Positions 29,226 through 38,751 of a stretch of DNA of 64,000 bases are shown piece by piece. This DNA is from an uncultured Candidatus Saccharibacteria bacterium (GTDB taxonomy: Bacteria; Patescibacteriota; Minisyncoccia; Phycocordibacterales; WO2-35-19). Below the pieces are notes generated by a model that saw nothing but the letters and a program-made list of their open reading frames with translations, did no database searches and was not told the origin of the DNA. The first letter of the stretch is position 1, and the number at the start of each line of letters is the position of its first letter. The stretch lies in assembly GCA_964489135.1 (NCBI GenBank), contig CAZAXK010000002.1, positions 25,692-89,691 on the forward strand, in the 5' to 3' direction. Position numbers and translations under genes: made by a program.

Positions 29226-29837
29226 ATGAACGAGCCCCAAAAGCTCAAGATCATCGGGGTTACCAACCCCAGCCGACTCGCGTGCATAGCGCGAGCACGG
29301 ACATACACTCAGTATCGCAAGATGGTAGACGACGCGCTTGCAGACCGGTGTCCATTCTGCAACATCGACACCGACCACAACAAAATCGTTGCAGAAACAG
29401 CGCACTGGGTAGCACTACACTGTAACCCACCGGAGAAGCACACTAAGCACCACTTCTTGTACGTGCCTCGGAGCCACGTCGTCCACATGCTGGCTCTACT
29501 TCCTGAAGAGTTGGCCAACCTCTTTACACTCATCAGCAGGGTTCGGTCCCAATACAGCTATCGAAGTAGCGGGATATTGATCCGCGATGGCGACGCCACC
29601 TTGAGCGCGGGCACGATTCAACACTTACACGTCCACGAGATGGTGCCGGATGGAACCGGACGCGTGGAGTCGCCCTTTTACAAGGGGCGCGAGGCGGAGG
29701 AGGCGAGCCTCCGTCGCGCCATCATCTTCGAAAAAATGCGGAAAACATCGATCCTCACAGGTCTGACTGACCCGTTCCTGCTCGCTTCGAATCTGAGTGA
29801 GGAGGATTACCTCCTCATCGACGACCGGCTCAAGTGA
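29226..29837 (+). CDS. HIT-family nucleotide hydrolase, second paralog
   Basis: CPFC, VPRSHV, AGTIQHLHVH. Start ATG 29226 follows GAGGGA. Confidence 0.83.
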   Translation: MNEPQKLKIIGVTNPSRLACIARARTYTQYRKMVDDALADRCPFCNIDTDHNKIVAETAHWVALHCNPPEKHTKHHFLYVPRSHVVHMLALLPEELANLFTLISRVRSQYSYRSSGILIRDGDATLSAGTIQHLHVHEMVPDGTGRVESPFYKGREAEEASLRRAIIFEKMRKTSILTGLTDPFLLASNLSEEDYLLIDDRLK

Positions 29838-29864
29838 GCCGACTCGGAAAACCGTTCTTTTTAG

Positions 29865-29898
29865 AAAGCCCACTCATCGCGTGCGACGGGTGGGCTTT
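29865..29898. terminator. Hairpin between convergent HIT and deaminase genes
   Basis: AAAGCCCACTC...GGGTGGGCTTT inverted repeat. Confidence 0.55.
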
Positions 29899-30727
29899 AC
29901 GTTTCTACATAAATTATTTCCACTCCCCGACTGCGAAGAATGGTCTCTTGATCGAGCATCTGATAGCCCCCACCGTAATAAAGTTTTTTGATACCGGAAA
30001 AGGCGATTTGTTTGGCACAAGGCGGACAAGGGAAGATGCTCACATACATCGAAGCACCTTCGAGAGCTATCCCCTTCTTGGCCGCTTCGGCAATCACTCT
30101 CGCTTCGGCATGGATAGAAGTCGAAAGCTCGATACCCACCCCTTTGTGCAGAGTATTGCGCGGGTCGCCATCGGCATACGGCGAATGCAGGCTCGGCAAA
30201 TGCTCATTGTGCTGAGAGAGGATAACCTCTCCCTCCTTCACCACAGCGCAACCGATGCGTCGCCACCAGTCCGAGCTCTTCTCGGCTTCGCCCTTCAAAT
30301 TCTGTATTACTTCTTTATCAAACTGTTCGCGCGAAATTGTTTGGTCGGCCTCGACCGGCTTTTCTTCCATCGTCTTGTGCTTATCCCACCGCAAGAAAAC
30401 ATTATCGAAAGTTACCTTCGCGTGAGGGAAAGATTCTTCCGCCAAACTTCTGCACACATCTTCGTCTGGCATAATTATTTCCGCGTCGGCGAGCGAAGCG
30501 AGATGTTCGCTTTCTAAGACCTCAACCTTTTCAAAGATACCCCAACTCTCGATCGCCTTCTTGGCCAAATCAGGCGAGAGTTGGCGTATTTCTTTGGCCA
30601 AATAATCGTACTTTTTTATCAGAGTATCGCCGAAAATATAGAGCTCGCGCACCCCGCTCTGTCGCTCAAAGAATTTTCGGTAGCCCTCGTGCAATACCGG
30701 CACATAGGCGATGATGATCTTTTTCAT
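29897..30727 (-). CDS. dCMP deaminase (ComEB-like) with an extra N-terminal domain
   Basis: HAEAR and FPCPPCAK zinc motifs in the C-terminal half. Confidence 0.88.
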   Translation of the reverse strand: MKKIIIAYVPVLHEGYRKFFERQSGVRELYIFGDTLIKKYDYLAKEIRQLSPDLAKKAIESWGIFEKVEVLESEHLASLADAEIIMPDEDVCRSLAEESFPHAKVTFDNVFLRWDKHKTMEEKPVEADQTISREQFDKEVIQNLKGEAEKSSDWWRRIGCAVVKEGEVILSQHNEHLPSLHSPYADGDPRNTLHKGVGIELSTSIHAEARVIAEAAKKGIALEGASMYVSIFPCPPCAKQIAFSGIKKLYYGGGYQMLDQETILRSRGVEIIYVET

Positions 30728-30743
30728 TTATATATTGAAAGTA

Positions 30744-31343
30744 TTACCCTTTCATTTCGTCCAAAACTTCTTGGATGGTTCTTAGGATCTTTGGAGTCAG
30801 GGCAAGGCCAAGCTTCTTCGCGGTGCCGATCTGCAGTCTGCGAATCTTAGCGCTGGTTGAAGTGGTCGCCATCGGCTCTAGCACTACCACTTTGCCACAG
30901 TATTTCTTCAATTCCTTGATCTGCTTGTTGTTGTAGGTATCTTTGGTAGCGATTAGAGTGTCCGGACAGATAGACTTGATGAGATTCCATTTTGGATCCT
31001 TGAGTTGCTTCAGAAATACCAAGTCGACGTAGCGCAAGTGTGTCAGCATCTCCACTCTTTCTTCCTCCGGAACAACTGGCCGCTCCGGACCTTTGCGGTG
31101 CTTTATCTTCTCATCGCTATCAATGCCAACCACCAAAAGATCGCCGTGCTTCTTCGCCTCGCGTAGGTATCGGCCATGGCCGACATGGATCATATCGAAC
31201 GATCCTTGGGTCAACACAATTCTCATACCCAAATATTTGCAGTGCTCGATAAGACTTTTGATCTTCTTGTAATCAGTGAGGGCTTTGCCTCCGAAATTAA
31301 GATGAGCGTACGCGCCCCTATCGACAAAAGCGGTCTTTTCCAT
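30744..31343 (-). CDS. Cytidylyltransferase-family (HxGH) nucleotidyltransferase, RfaE-II/TagD-like
   Basis: TQGSFDMIHVGH.RYL, LVVGIDSD, KGPERPV, ER.EML, TSTS. Confidence 0.88.
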   Translation of the reverse strand: MEKTAFVDRGAYAHLNFGGKALTDYKKIKSLIEHCKYLGMRIVLTQGSFDMIHVGHGRYLREAKKHGDLLVVGIDSDEKIKHRKGPERPVVPEEERVEMLTHLRYVDLVFLKQLKDPKWNLIKSICPDTLIATKDTYNNKQIKELKKYCGKVVVLEPMATTSTSAKIRRLQIGTAKKLGLALTPKILRTIQEVLDEMKG

Positions 31344-31399
31344 GCAGGTCATGATATTGGTTTTTTGCTATTAGCGCAAGCATTACTTATAATCTTTCT

Positions 31400-31897
31400 A
31401 TGAGAGAGCCCAAAATCAGTATCATTGTTGCTCTAAGTGAGAAGCAAAGAGCCATAGGATTCAAAAACGGCTTGCTCTGGAAGATCGAGGGCGACTTGCC
31501 CCGCTTCAAACGCATCACCACCGGCCACCCGATAATCATGGGGCGCAATACTTACCTCTCTATCGGCCGACCGCTGCCGAATCGCACTAATATCGTGATC
31601 TCAAATGCCAAGGACGATACCCTCTCTTCTGTCGAAGGTATTATCCTCGTCGATTCGGTAGAGAAAGCCCTCGCGGAGGCCTCGAAGGTTGAGCAAGAAG
31701 AAGTATTCATAATTGGCGGGGGGATGCTCTATGCCTCGACGATCCACCTCGCTGATCGGCTTTACCTCACCGTCGTCTACAACGAACCGGAAGCAGACAC
31801 CTTCTTCCCCAACTATTCCATGTTCACAAAGCAAATAGAAAAGGAGGATCACCTCGACGGCAACCCCCCTTTCTCTTATATAACTTTAGAAAAATAA
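31400..31897 (+). CDS. folA: Dihydrofolate reductase
   Basis: IG.KNGLLW....DL..F, IMGRNTY.SIGRPLPNRTNIVIS, IGGG, ADTFFP. Confidence 0.96.
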   Translation: MREPKISIIVALSEKQRAIGFKNGLLWKIEGDLPRFKRITTGHPIIMGRNTYLSIGRPLPNRTNIVISNAKDDTLSSVEGIILVDSVEKALAEASKVEQEEVFIIGGGMLYASTIHLADRLYLTVVYNEPEADTFFPNYSMFTKQIEKEDHLDGNPPFSYITLEK

Positions 31898-31987
31898 TTA
31901 GCCACGCACTTCTCCCACGCATAATTTTCTGCTGAAAATTTGCGCGGGCCCGCCTCGCGCCGTCGCGCTCCGGCTCGTTGAGGTTGC

Positions 31988-32407
31988 CTATTTCACCTCA
32001 ACGCCCATGCTTCGGCACTGGCCGGCGATGATTTTGACTGCTGCTTCGAGATCATTCGCATTGAGGTCTACCATTTTCTTCTCGGCGATTTCTTCGAGCT
32101 GTTTGCGAGAGATAGTCCCCACCTTCTGTGTTGGGGCCTTGCCAGCGCCCTTTTCTATACCTAAGGCCTTGAGAATAAGACTTGAAGCCGGAGGAGTTTT
32201 GAGTACAAAGTCGAAAGTTCGGTCTTCATAGACGGAAATATCTGCTGGAACCAAACCATCCATTCCACGAGTCGCCTCGTTGAACTTGGTGACGAATTCA
32301 CCAATGTTAATACCAGCCGGACCGAGTGCGGTACCAACAGGAGGCGCAGGGGTAGCCTTACCCGCCGCAATAACCAATTTTATTTTTTTGCTTACTTTCT
32401 TTGCCAT
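31988..32407 (-). CDS. rplK: 50S ribosomal protein L11
   Basis: [28 protein letters not shown]. Confidence 0.97.
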   Translation of the reverse strand: MAKKVSKKIKLVIAAGKATPAPPVGTALGPAGINIGEFVTKFNEATRGMDGLVPADISVYEDRTFDFVLKTPPASSLILKALGIEKGAGKAPTQKVGTISRKQLEEIAEKKMVDLNANDLEAAVKIIAGQCRSMGVEVK

Positions 32408-32459
32408 TTTGGTGTTAGAAACATTACTATATTTGTATTAAATCCGCAACTTTCTTGCC

Positions 32460-32506
32460 TTTTCCCTCACCTGCAAAGGGGAGGGTGCCCGCAGGGTGGG
32501 TGGGGT
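32460..32506 (-). repeat. Degenerate member of the modular palindromic repeat family
   Basis: Sense strand reads ACCCCACCC-ACCCTGCGGGC-ACCCTCCCC...GAGGGAAAA, the same skeleton as 39833-39894. Confidence 0.55.
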
Positions 32507-32523
32507 GTTTTGGTGTCGAGTAA

Positions 32524-33069
32524 CTATATCTTCTTGACCTGCAGGAAGTCGAGCTCGACAGGGGTCTCGCGACCGAACATAGGTACAAGCACCTTGACCT
32601 TGCCCCGATTTTCGTCTACCTCCCCTACCTTGCCTTCCAAATCCTTAAATGGGCCGTCGGCGATCTTGACCGCATCGTCTACCGAGAGATCGATGTTGTG
32701 CTTCACTGTCTCAGAGCTCATGCGCTTGAAGAGCATATCTATTTCGCTCTGGTCGAGAGGTACGGGGAAAACCCCTGAGCCAACAAAACCAGTTACGCGC
32801 GGAGTATTGCGCACCACGTACCAAGACTCGTCGGTGACGATCATGTCCACCAGTACATAGCCAGGGTAGATCTTCTCTTCCTCCTCTACTCTTTTGTTGC
32901 CCTTGATCTTGATCTTCTTTTCGGTAGGCACAAGTACGTTGAATATTTTGTCCTCCATACCCAAAGATTCGATGCGTTGCTTCAGATTGCGGGCAACCGC
33001 GTTTTCATAGCCAGAATAGGTGTGGATCGCATACCAATTTCTTCCTTCTTTTATTTGTTGCTTAGACAT
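32524..33069 (-). CDS. nusG: Transcription termination/antitermination factor NusG
   Basis: WYAIHTYSGYE, YPGYVLV, TPRVTGFVG, KOW domain, FGRETPVEL. Confidence 0.97.
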   Translation of the reverse strand: MSKQQIKEGRNWYAIHTYSGYENAVARNLKQRIESLGMEDKIFNVLVPTEKKIKIKGNKRVEEEEKIYPGYVLVDMIVTDESWYVVRNTPRVTGFVGSGVFPVPLDQSEIDMLFKRMSSETVKHNIDLSVDDAVKIADGPFKDLEGKVGEVDENRGKVKVLVPMFGRETPVELDFLQVKKI

Positions 33070-33095
33070 GGTTGGTTTGAAGTTTACGAATAGAC

Positions 33096-33272
33096 TTAGA
33101 CGACGAGCCCGATTAGCTTCGAGAACACAAGGTCAAAAATTCCTAGGAAAAATGCGAGCACTAAAGACACGATCGCCACTACCAAGCTAAATATTATCGA
33201 CTGCCTTCTAGATGGCCAGTTGACGTGAGTGAGCTCGGTCTTTGTCTCCTTGAAGTAGTTAATTATTCCCAT
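33096..33272 (-). CDS. secE: Preprotein translocase subunit SecE
   Basis: Manual translation MGIINYFKETKTELTHVNWPSRRQSIIFSLVVAIVSLVLAFFLGIFDLVFSKLIGLVV; upstream of nusG. Confidence 0.93.
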   Translation of the reverse strand: MGIINYFKETKTELTHVNWPSRRQSIIFSLVVAIVSLVLAFFLGIFDLVFSKLIGLVV

Positions 33273-33437
33273 TTGATTGTTAAATTATACCAATAAATGC
33301 GAGAGATTTCGATCCTACGGAAATTTTCGTATATTTCGTAGTGTTTCGCAAAGTTTTTGTATCCTCTTATCAAAAAACCCCGCTCTCGGGGCCTCTTGAT
33401 TAGGAATTATACTCTTTTACTAACAAAGGTCAAGATC

Positions 33438-34247
33438 TTACTTGATTTCGTAAGTGATTGTAATATTCGCGGTGATTTTGGTCTCGCCTGTTGGTAATTC
33501 CGCTCTTGCCGGAGCCGAAACCGCCTTCATATCGCCCGCTCCTCCCATACCCATCTCACCGTAATATGATACTGGGTAACCACCATTGTCGGTGTAGTAA
33601 AGCATCTTGCCGAGCTTTACCCCGAGTTGCTTAGCAAGGACTTTGGCTTCTGCCTTGGCTTCTTCTATGGCCTGCTTTCTTGCTTCGGCTACATACTTTT
33701 CGCGGTCATCGATAGTAAATTCGAGTCCGCTGATGTTTGAGACGTTGGTTGCGCCCACTTTGGAAACCAGATCTCCTGCCTTGGAAGTATCGCGAACCTT
33801 AACGAGAATTGTCTCTGTTACCTCGTAGCCGATAAGCTCATTTTTGCCCTGCGGACATGGGTAAGCTATGCAGGTGACTTGATTCCATTCGTATTTCGGA
33901 TAGACATTGTAGCTTGTGGTTTTTATATCCTTGTCTTCCACGCCAGATGCCCTGACTGCTTCGAGGGCCTTCGCAATCTTTTCGTCAAGCAGCTTCTGGG
34001 CTGAAGCAACATCCTCACTGGCTTCTGTTATGGTAAAGGAAAAGCTTGCGACATCAGGGATAGCAAATGCTTCCCCCGAACCAGTCGCCATAATAGTTGA
34101 CTGCGGATATATTTCCTTACCAATATTTGGCAATTTTTTGAAACCGATCACTACCTGAACCAAAAGAAAGGCTGACAAGAGAAGGAGACTTATAGAGGCC
34201 CATTTGCCCACCCTCTTTTGTTCATCTCCAAGAATCTGATTGAACAT
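33438..34247 (-). CDS. SIMPL (DUF541) domain protein
   Basis: TM anchor, TGSGE...PDVA, DIKTTSYNVYP.Y, AR..AIEEAKA.A..LA..LG. Confidence 0.88.
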   Translation of the reverse strand: MFNQILGDEQKRVGKWASISLLLLSAFLLVQVVIGFKKLPNIGKEIYPQSTIMATGSGEAFAIPDVASFSFTITEASEDVASAQKLLDEKIAKALEAVRASGVEDKDIKTTSYNVYPKYEWNQVTCIAYPCPQGKNELIGYEVTETILVKVRDTSKAGDLVSKVGATNVSNISGLEFTIDDREKYVAEARKQAIEEAKAEAKVLAKQLGVKLGKMLYYTDNGGYPVSYYGEMGMGGAGDMKAVSAPARAELPTGETKITANITITYEIK

Positions 34248-34297
34248 ATGTATTTGAGTTACAAAGTTTATAAAGTTTGAAAGTTGTTAAGTCAAAA

Positions 34298-35152
34298 CTA
34301 AAAACTCTCAGGTCTATTATAGCACAGATCGACTAAGTTTCTAAAGAGGCAGGCGACCGTAAGCGGCCCCACCCCGCCCGGCACCGGCGAAATAGCTTTA
34401 ACTATGGGCTCTACTTCTGCAAAATCCACATCACCCACCAGTTTTGAAACCCCGAGAGAGAGAACCCGATTTATTCCGACATCTATAACCACTTGGTCCT
34501 TATTTACAAAATTTTTGGTAATGAGCCCAACCTGCCCCGCCGCAACGATAAGCACCTCAGATTCTCGACAAACCTTTTCATTGTCTGTTGTCTCGCGATG
34601 ACAAACTCGCACCGAAGCTCCCCGCCTTTCGAGCTCGGTTGCGATCGGCCCACCCGCAAGACGCGACCTACCCACCACAGCCACCTGCTTGTCTTTTACC
34701 TCGATATTATAGAAATCCAAGAGTGCGAGCACCGCTCCGGCCGTAGCGGGTGTAACGAGCAATGACTCATTATCCTCCCGCAGACCCCTCAACCCATCAG
34801 CATCTTTACTTTCACCAATCGCGTTTATTATCCTTTCGGTGTTCAAATTTTCCGGCAATGGCAACTGTACTATTATGCCATTTACACTTTTATCTTGATT
34901 TAGTTTTTCTAATTCACTTATTATTTCTTCTTCCAATTTTTCCTTACCTGCATCCTTCCATTGTTTGAGTATGACCTGCACCCCTATCTGTGCACCAAAC
35001 TTTTGCTTTTGTTTTATATAAGCAGTCGAATCCTCCCTCTCTCCTACCTGCAAAATCGCGAGCGTCGGCGAAAAGCCCAAGTTCGTAATCCGTTCCTTGG
35101 TTTCCTCGATTATCTTTTCCCTCACGGGTTTGCCATATAAAATCTTTGCCAT
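34298..35152 (-). CDS. folD: Methylenetetrahydrofolate dehydrogenase/cyclohydrolase
   Basis: YIKQK, GIIVQLPLP, KDADG, VIDVGIN, PVPGGVGPLT. Start ATG 35152. Confidence 0.95.
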   Translation of the reverse strand: MAKILYGKPVREKIIEETKERITNLGFSPTLAILQVGEREDSTAYIKQKQKFGAQIGVQVILKQWKDAGKEKLEEEIISELEKLNQDKSVNGIIVQLPLPENLNTERIINAIGESKDADGLRGLREDNESLLVTPATAGAVLALLDFYNIEVKDKQVAVVGRSRLAGGPIATELERRGASVRVCHRETTDNEKVCRESEVLIVAAGQVGLITKNFVNKDQVVIDVGINRVLSLGVSKLVGDVDFAEVEPIVKAISPVPGGVGPLTVACLFRNLVDLCYNRPESF

Positions 35153-35159
35153 AATACCT

Positions 35160-35993
35160 TTATCTTGAATAGCGAGCAAAAATACCGGCGGGTAGAGAGA
35201 ATGCTCGAGAATTTCTTTCTTGTATCGTTAATTCCCCTCTTTCAATTTTGCCAAGTTCTATATTGAAGACCGAGGCCAACAACTCACCGTACGCAAGCGG
35301 AGTAAAGCCCGAAGCATAGCCATTGAGGAGTAAGAATTTGAAGTCTGGTTGCAAAATTTTCTGTACCGATTGAAGTAGAGCAGGTAAATCTGTTTCGATC
35401 TTCCAGATTTCTCCTTTTGCCCCACGACCAAAGCTTGGCGGATCCATAACTACTCCGTCGTACTTCACGCCACGCTTCGCCTCCCTCTCGACAAACTTTT
35501 TGGCGTCGTCGAGTATCCATCTGATCGGCGATCCTTCCAAGTCATTCAGCTTGGCATTCGCTTTGGCCCAATCGATTGACGGCTTTGAAGCATCGACATG
35601 CACCACCTCCGCCCCTGCTTTAGCAAGTGCAAGTGTCGCGCCACCAGTATAACCAAATAAATTTAGAATCTTAGGATTTTGAATTTGAGATTTAAGATAT
35701 GAGATTTGAGATATGAGATATTTCCAATTTTCTGCATGCTCTGGGAAAACTCCCGTGTGCTTGAAACCCTTGAGACTGACCCCTAATTTGAGCCCCCCTA
35801 TCTCTACCACCCATTCGGCCGGCATATCTGAGCTCTTTTTCCACTTTCCGTCAAAAGTCGCGTCGGCCTTCTTCCACTCTGATTGGTCCAAAGAAGTAAG
35901 CCAGATGGCTTGCGGGTCCGGTCGAGACAGCACAAAGTCGCCGTATCGCTCAAGCTTCCTGCCTTCGCCGCTGTCCATAAGTTCATATTGCAT
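35160..35993 (-). CDS. Class I SAM-dependent methyltransferase (RlmI/RlmK-related)
   Basis: HTGVFPE, LNLFGYTGGAT, VDAS, MDPPSFG. Confidence 0.88.
   Translation of the reverse strand: MQYELMDSGEGRKLERYGDFVLSRPDPQAIWLTSLDQSEWKKADATFDGKWKKSSDMPAEWVVEIGGLKLGVSLKGFKHTGVFPEHAENWKYLISQISYLKSQIQNPKILNLFGYTGGATLALAKAGAEVVHVDASKPSIDWAKANAKLNDLEGSPIRWILDDAKKFVEREAKRGVKYDGVVMDPPSFGRGAKGEIWKIETDLPALLQSVQKILQPDFKFLLLNGYASGFTPLAYGELLASVFNIELGKIERGELTIQERNSRAFSLPAGIFARYSR
35673..35721. repeat. Degenerate heptamer tandem repeat (GAGATWT-like x7) inside a CDS
   Basis: aggattt tgaattt gagattt aagatat gagattt gagatat gagatat. Confidence 0.85.
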
Positions 35994-36009
35994 ATGGTAT
36001 TATAATGAA

Positions 36010-36594
36010 GTGAAAAGCCATAAAAATCAATTCAATCGTTCTCGCAAGGTGGCCTTTACACTCTTTGTTCTCTTGATTGTCGTTACGTTCCTTATCTACG
36101 AATCAACCGAAAACCAGCTCAATCTCACCGACTTTCAAGCAACCGCGCGCGAACTCGGGGTATGGGCACCCATCGTCTTTGTTGTTTTCTACGCGGTCGG
36201 AGTAATATTCTTGCCATCAACCCCATTCATGATCCTCTCGGGTATATTGTTCGGATTCAAATTAGGATTCCTCTATAGTCTGATTGGTGGACTCACTAGC
36301 TCCATTTTAGTCTTCAAAATATCCCGACATTTGGGTAAGGAGTGGGTAGAAAATATTTTGCAGAAAAAATATCTGAACCAAATAGAACGCTACAACCAAA
36401 GACTTGGAAGCAATGGACTCTTTGATCTGATAGTCCTTCGTATTTTGCCAATCATGCCCCTAAACATCCTAAACATTTTGATGGGTATCTCACGAATAAG
36501 CACGCGCAATTACATAATCGGCACCGTCTTCGGGCTTTTGCCAAGCATATTGATTACCGTTTATTTCGGCAATCTTCTGGTAAGAATATTTTAG
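36010..36594 (+). CDS. TVP38/TMEM64 (VTT/DedA-like) membrane protein
   Basis: FLPSTP...SGILFG...G, LRILPIMP...N...G. Start moved to GTG 36010 (uncertain). Confidence 0.85.
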   Translation: MKSHKNQFNRSRKVAFTLFVLLIVVTFLIYESTENQLNLTDFQATARELGVWAPIVFVVFYAVGVIFLPSTPFMILSGILFGFKLGFLYSLIGGLTSSILVFKISRHLGKEWVENILQKKYLNQIERYNQRLGSNGLFDLIVLRILPIMPLNILNILMGISRISTRNYIIGTVFGLLPSILITVYFGNLLVRIF

Positions 36595-36598
36595 ATTT

Positions 36599-36976
36599 TT
36601 AGGGGGTGGATTTGGTCAGGATACTTTCGATGTTTTGAACGATCGAATCAAGGCTTTCGTCGGATTTTATGATGTAGCCAGTTGCGCCAAGAGTCATCAT
36701 GTCGCTGATTTTCTTCAAGCTCGACATGTTGGAGGATATAAGCACTGGCACATTTTTTAAATCAGGATCTTCCTTTACCGTTTTCAGAAATGTGGCTCCG
36801 TCCATTTTGGGCATCAGCACATCGAGAATGACTAGGTCCGGCTTATTAGCTTTCATGTGCTGTAAGCCGTCTTCCCCATTCTCGGCCGAAGCAACTTCAT
36901 ACTTGCCCTCCGGCAGAGCACCAATGATTGTTTTGGCAAAAAACTGATCATCGTCTATAACTAGTATTTTTTTCAT
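36599..36976 (-). CDS. Stand-alone response regulator (receiver domain only)
   Basis: KILVIDDD, PDLVILDVLMPKMDG, ISSN, YIIK. Start ATG 36976. Confidence 0.9.
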   Translation of the reverse strand: MKKILVIDDDQFFAKTIIGALPEGKYEVASAENGEDGLQHMKANKPDLVILDVLMPKMDGATFLKTVKEDPDLKNVPVLISSNMSSLKKISDMMTLGATGYIIKSDESLDSIVQNIESILTKSTP

Positions 36977-36995
36977 ATTGGTTACTATTATACCA

Positions 36996-38396
36996 CTAAA
37001 CCGGCAAGGTAAAGAAGAAGCTCGAGCCCAGGCCATCCTTGGAAACAACCCCCGATTTGCCACCATGAACCTCAGAGAGACCCTTTACGATCGAGAGACC
37101 AAGACCAGTACCTTTCACACCTTCACTTTGCTCCTTGGACTTCACTTGCGAATACATCTTGAACAAATTCGGCAAAAGCTCCGGTGCCACACCAAACCCG
37201 TCATCCGAAACAACAACACAAACCGAAGAAGTTGAGACATTCACATCTTTTTCTTTTGGCAGGATAGGCATCTTGAGAGCTGCGACTCCTTCTGGGAAAG
37301 GTTTGTCTGGTCGTGCAAGAAACGCAGATATAAGTATTTTACCTCCCGGATTGGTAAACTTGAGAGCATTGGACAAAAGGTTGCCGAGCATTTGCTTAAC
37401 CGCTTCCTTATCCATAGAGATCTTCGCAGGCACACTCTTATCTACATAAACTTTCAGATCAATTTTGGCCATATCAGTCGAAACTTTATAGAACATTACT
37501 CTCCCCTCTATAATCTCTCGCAAATCTTGTTCGGACTTATTTATTTCAAACTTGCCTGCTTGAATTTTGGACATGTCGAGCATATCGTTTACAAGCTCCA
37601 TCATTCTGTTAGAGCTTTGGTAGGCCATGGCAACGTACTCTTTGATCTCCGGTCCTTTTATCTTGCCGGACAAAACGAGCTCACTTATTTTGCGAATACC
37701 GTCCAGAGGCGATCGAAGCTCGTGGACAATAATGCTTGTGTATTCTTCTCTGACTCTATTCACCCTTTCCTGCTCACGAGTTACCACCTTCTGCAATGCA
37801 TCGAGGGCCCGAGAGGCCTGCGCGATAATGCGGTAAAGAATAGTCATGTCTTCCTCCTTGTAAAGACCACGCTTTTCATTTGCAATCGTGAGCACACCCC
37901 CAAGCCTGCCCCCCACTACGAGCGGTATATTGAAAAACGAGCCGATTATCCCCGCGCCCGATTCGACTTCTATGGCGCCCGATACGCTCTCAGTTATATT
38001 GGTCTGCGCAACGTTATGACCAAGTGCGCGCAGAGATGCGAGCATCCTCTCCTTCATCTGTAAGAAAAAATTGTGCGTAGTCGGTTTATCAAAATGCACA
38101 TTTAGCTTTACTTTGTCTCCAGACAAAACAACAAACCCGACGGCTGTATAGTCCAAGAACTGCCGCAAGGAGTTTGTGATTATTTCCAATATCTCTTCCA
38201 GATCAAGTGAATACCCCGCTCGGTCACTCAATTCTTTCAAAATCAAAAGCTCATATAATTGACGAGCTGAGACTTCCTTTTCTTTTCTTACTTCCAGCTC
38301 ACGCCTTCGCAGAGAAATTGATAATGAAATAGTGGCGATGGCCGTCGCCAGAAATAGTAGTAGAAATATAGCGCTTACGATAAGCGCAACGTTCAT
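36996..38396 (-). CDS. Membrane-anchored GAF-domain sensor histidine kinase
   Basis: One TM, GAF (SFFNIPLVVGGRLGGVL), H-box HELRSPL, NLLSNALKFT, DDGFG, GTGLGLSIVK. Confidence 0.93.
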   Translation of the reverse strand: MNVALIVSAIFLLLFLATAIATISLSISLRRRELEVRKEKEVSARQLYELLILKELSDRAGYSLDLEEILEIITNSLRQFLDYTAVGFVVLSGDKVKLNVHFDKPTTHNFFLQMKERMLASLRALGHNVAQTNITESVSGAIEVESGAGIIGSFFNIPLVVGGRLGGVLTIANEKRGLYKEEDMTILYRIIAQASRALDALQKVVTREQERVNRVREEYTSIIVHELRSPLDGIRKISELVLSGKIKGPEIKEYVAMAYQSSNRMMELVNDMLDMSKIQAGKFEINKSEQDLREIIEGRVMFYKVSTDMAKIDLKVYVDKSVPAKISMDKEAVKQMLGNLLSNALKFTNPGGKILISAFLARPDKPFPEGVAALKMPILPKEKDVNVSTSSVCVVVSDDGFGVAPELLPNLFKMYSQVKSKEQSEGVKGTGLGLSIVKGLSEVHGGKSGVVSKDGLGSSFFFTLPV

Positions 38397-38397
38397 G

Positions 38398-38730
38398 TTA
38401 GTTTGCAGTTATACCTCTAAGAAGCTTTTTGGCGCCCAATACCAAGAATATAAACCCAAGGGAGAACAGGATCGTCTGAACCAAATCCTGCCAAACCCCT
38501 ACAAGGAACGGTCGCAAAACCACCGACACCGCCCCAAGCACCATAAAGATCATTCCGAAGCCCAAGTACTGGAGCACCGCCCCAAAGAGTCCCCCACCCA
38601 TTTTATAAGCTGACCGAAAAACGAAGTAGGTAGCAACAATCCCGATAATAATCGCGAGCAGAAAAGAAAGATTGCCAGTAAAGACACTCGCGTATTCTAT
38701 TCCACTGCCTTTTATTGAAGAATTCAACAT
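38398..38730 (-). CDS. Small membrane protein (about 3 TM helices)
   Basis: Three hydrophobic stretches; stop codon 1 nt before the kinase start. Confidence 0.7.
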   Translation of the reverse strand: MLNSSIKGSGIEYASVFTGNLSFLLAIIIGIVATYFVFRSAYKMGGGLFGAVLQYLGFGMIFMVLGAVSVVLRPFLVGVWQDLVQTILFSLGFIFLVLGAKKLLRGITAN

Positions 38731-38751
38731 TTATTTTTGTTCAAATTTAAA

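Noticed and set aside
29834-30517. 227-aa plus-strand ORF
   Set aside because: Antisense to the dCMP deaminase, which has clear catalytic motifs
35713-36009. Long N-terminal extension of the TVP38 ORF, and similar extensions of pilM, rpsS, rplC and 51216
   Set aside because: They overlap neighbouring genes or promoters, and family-like sequence begins at downstream starts
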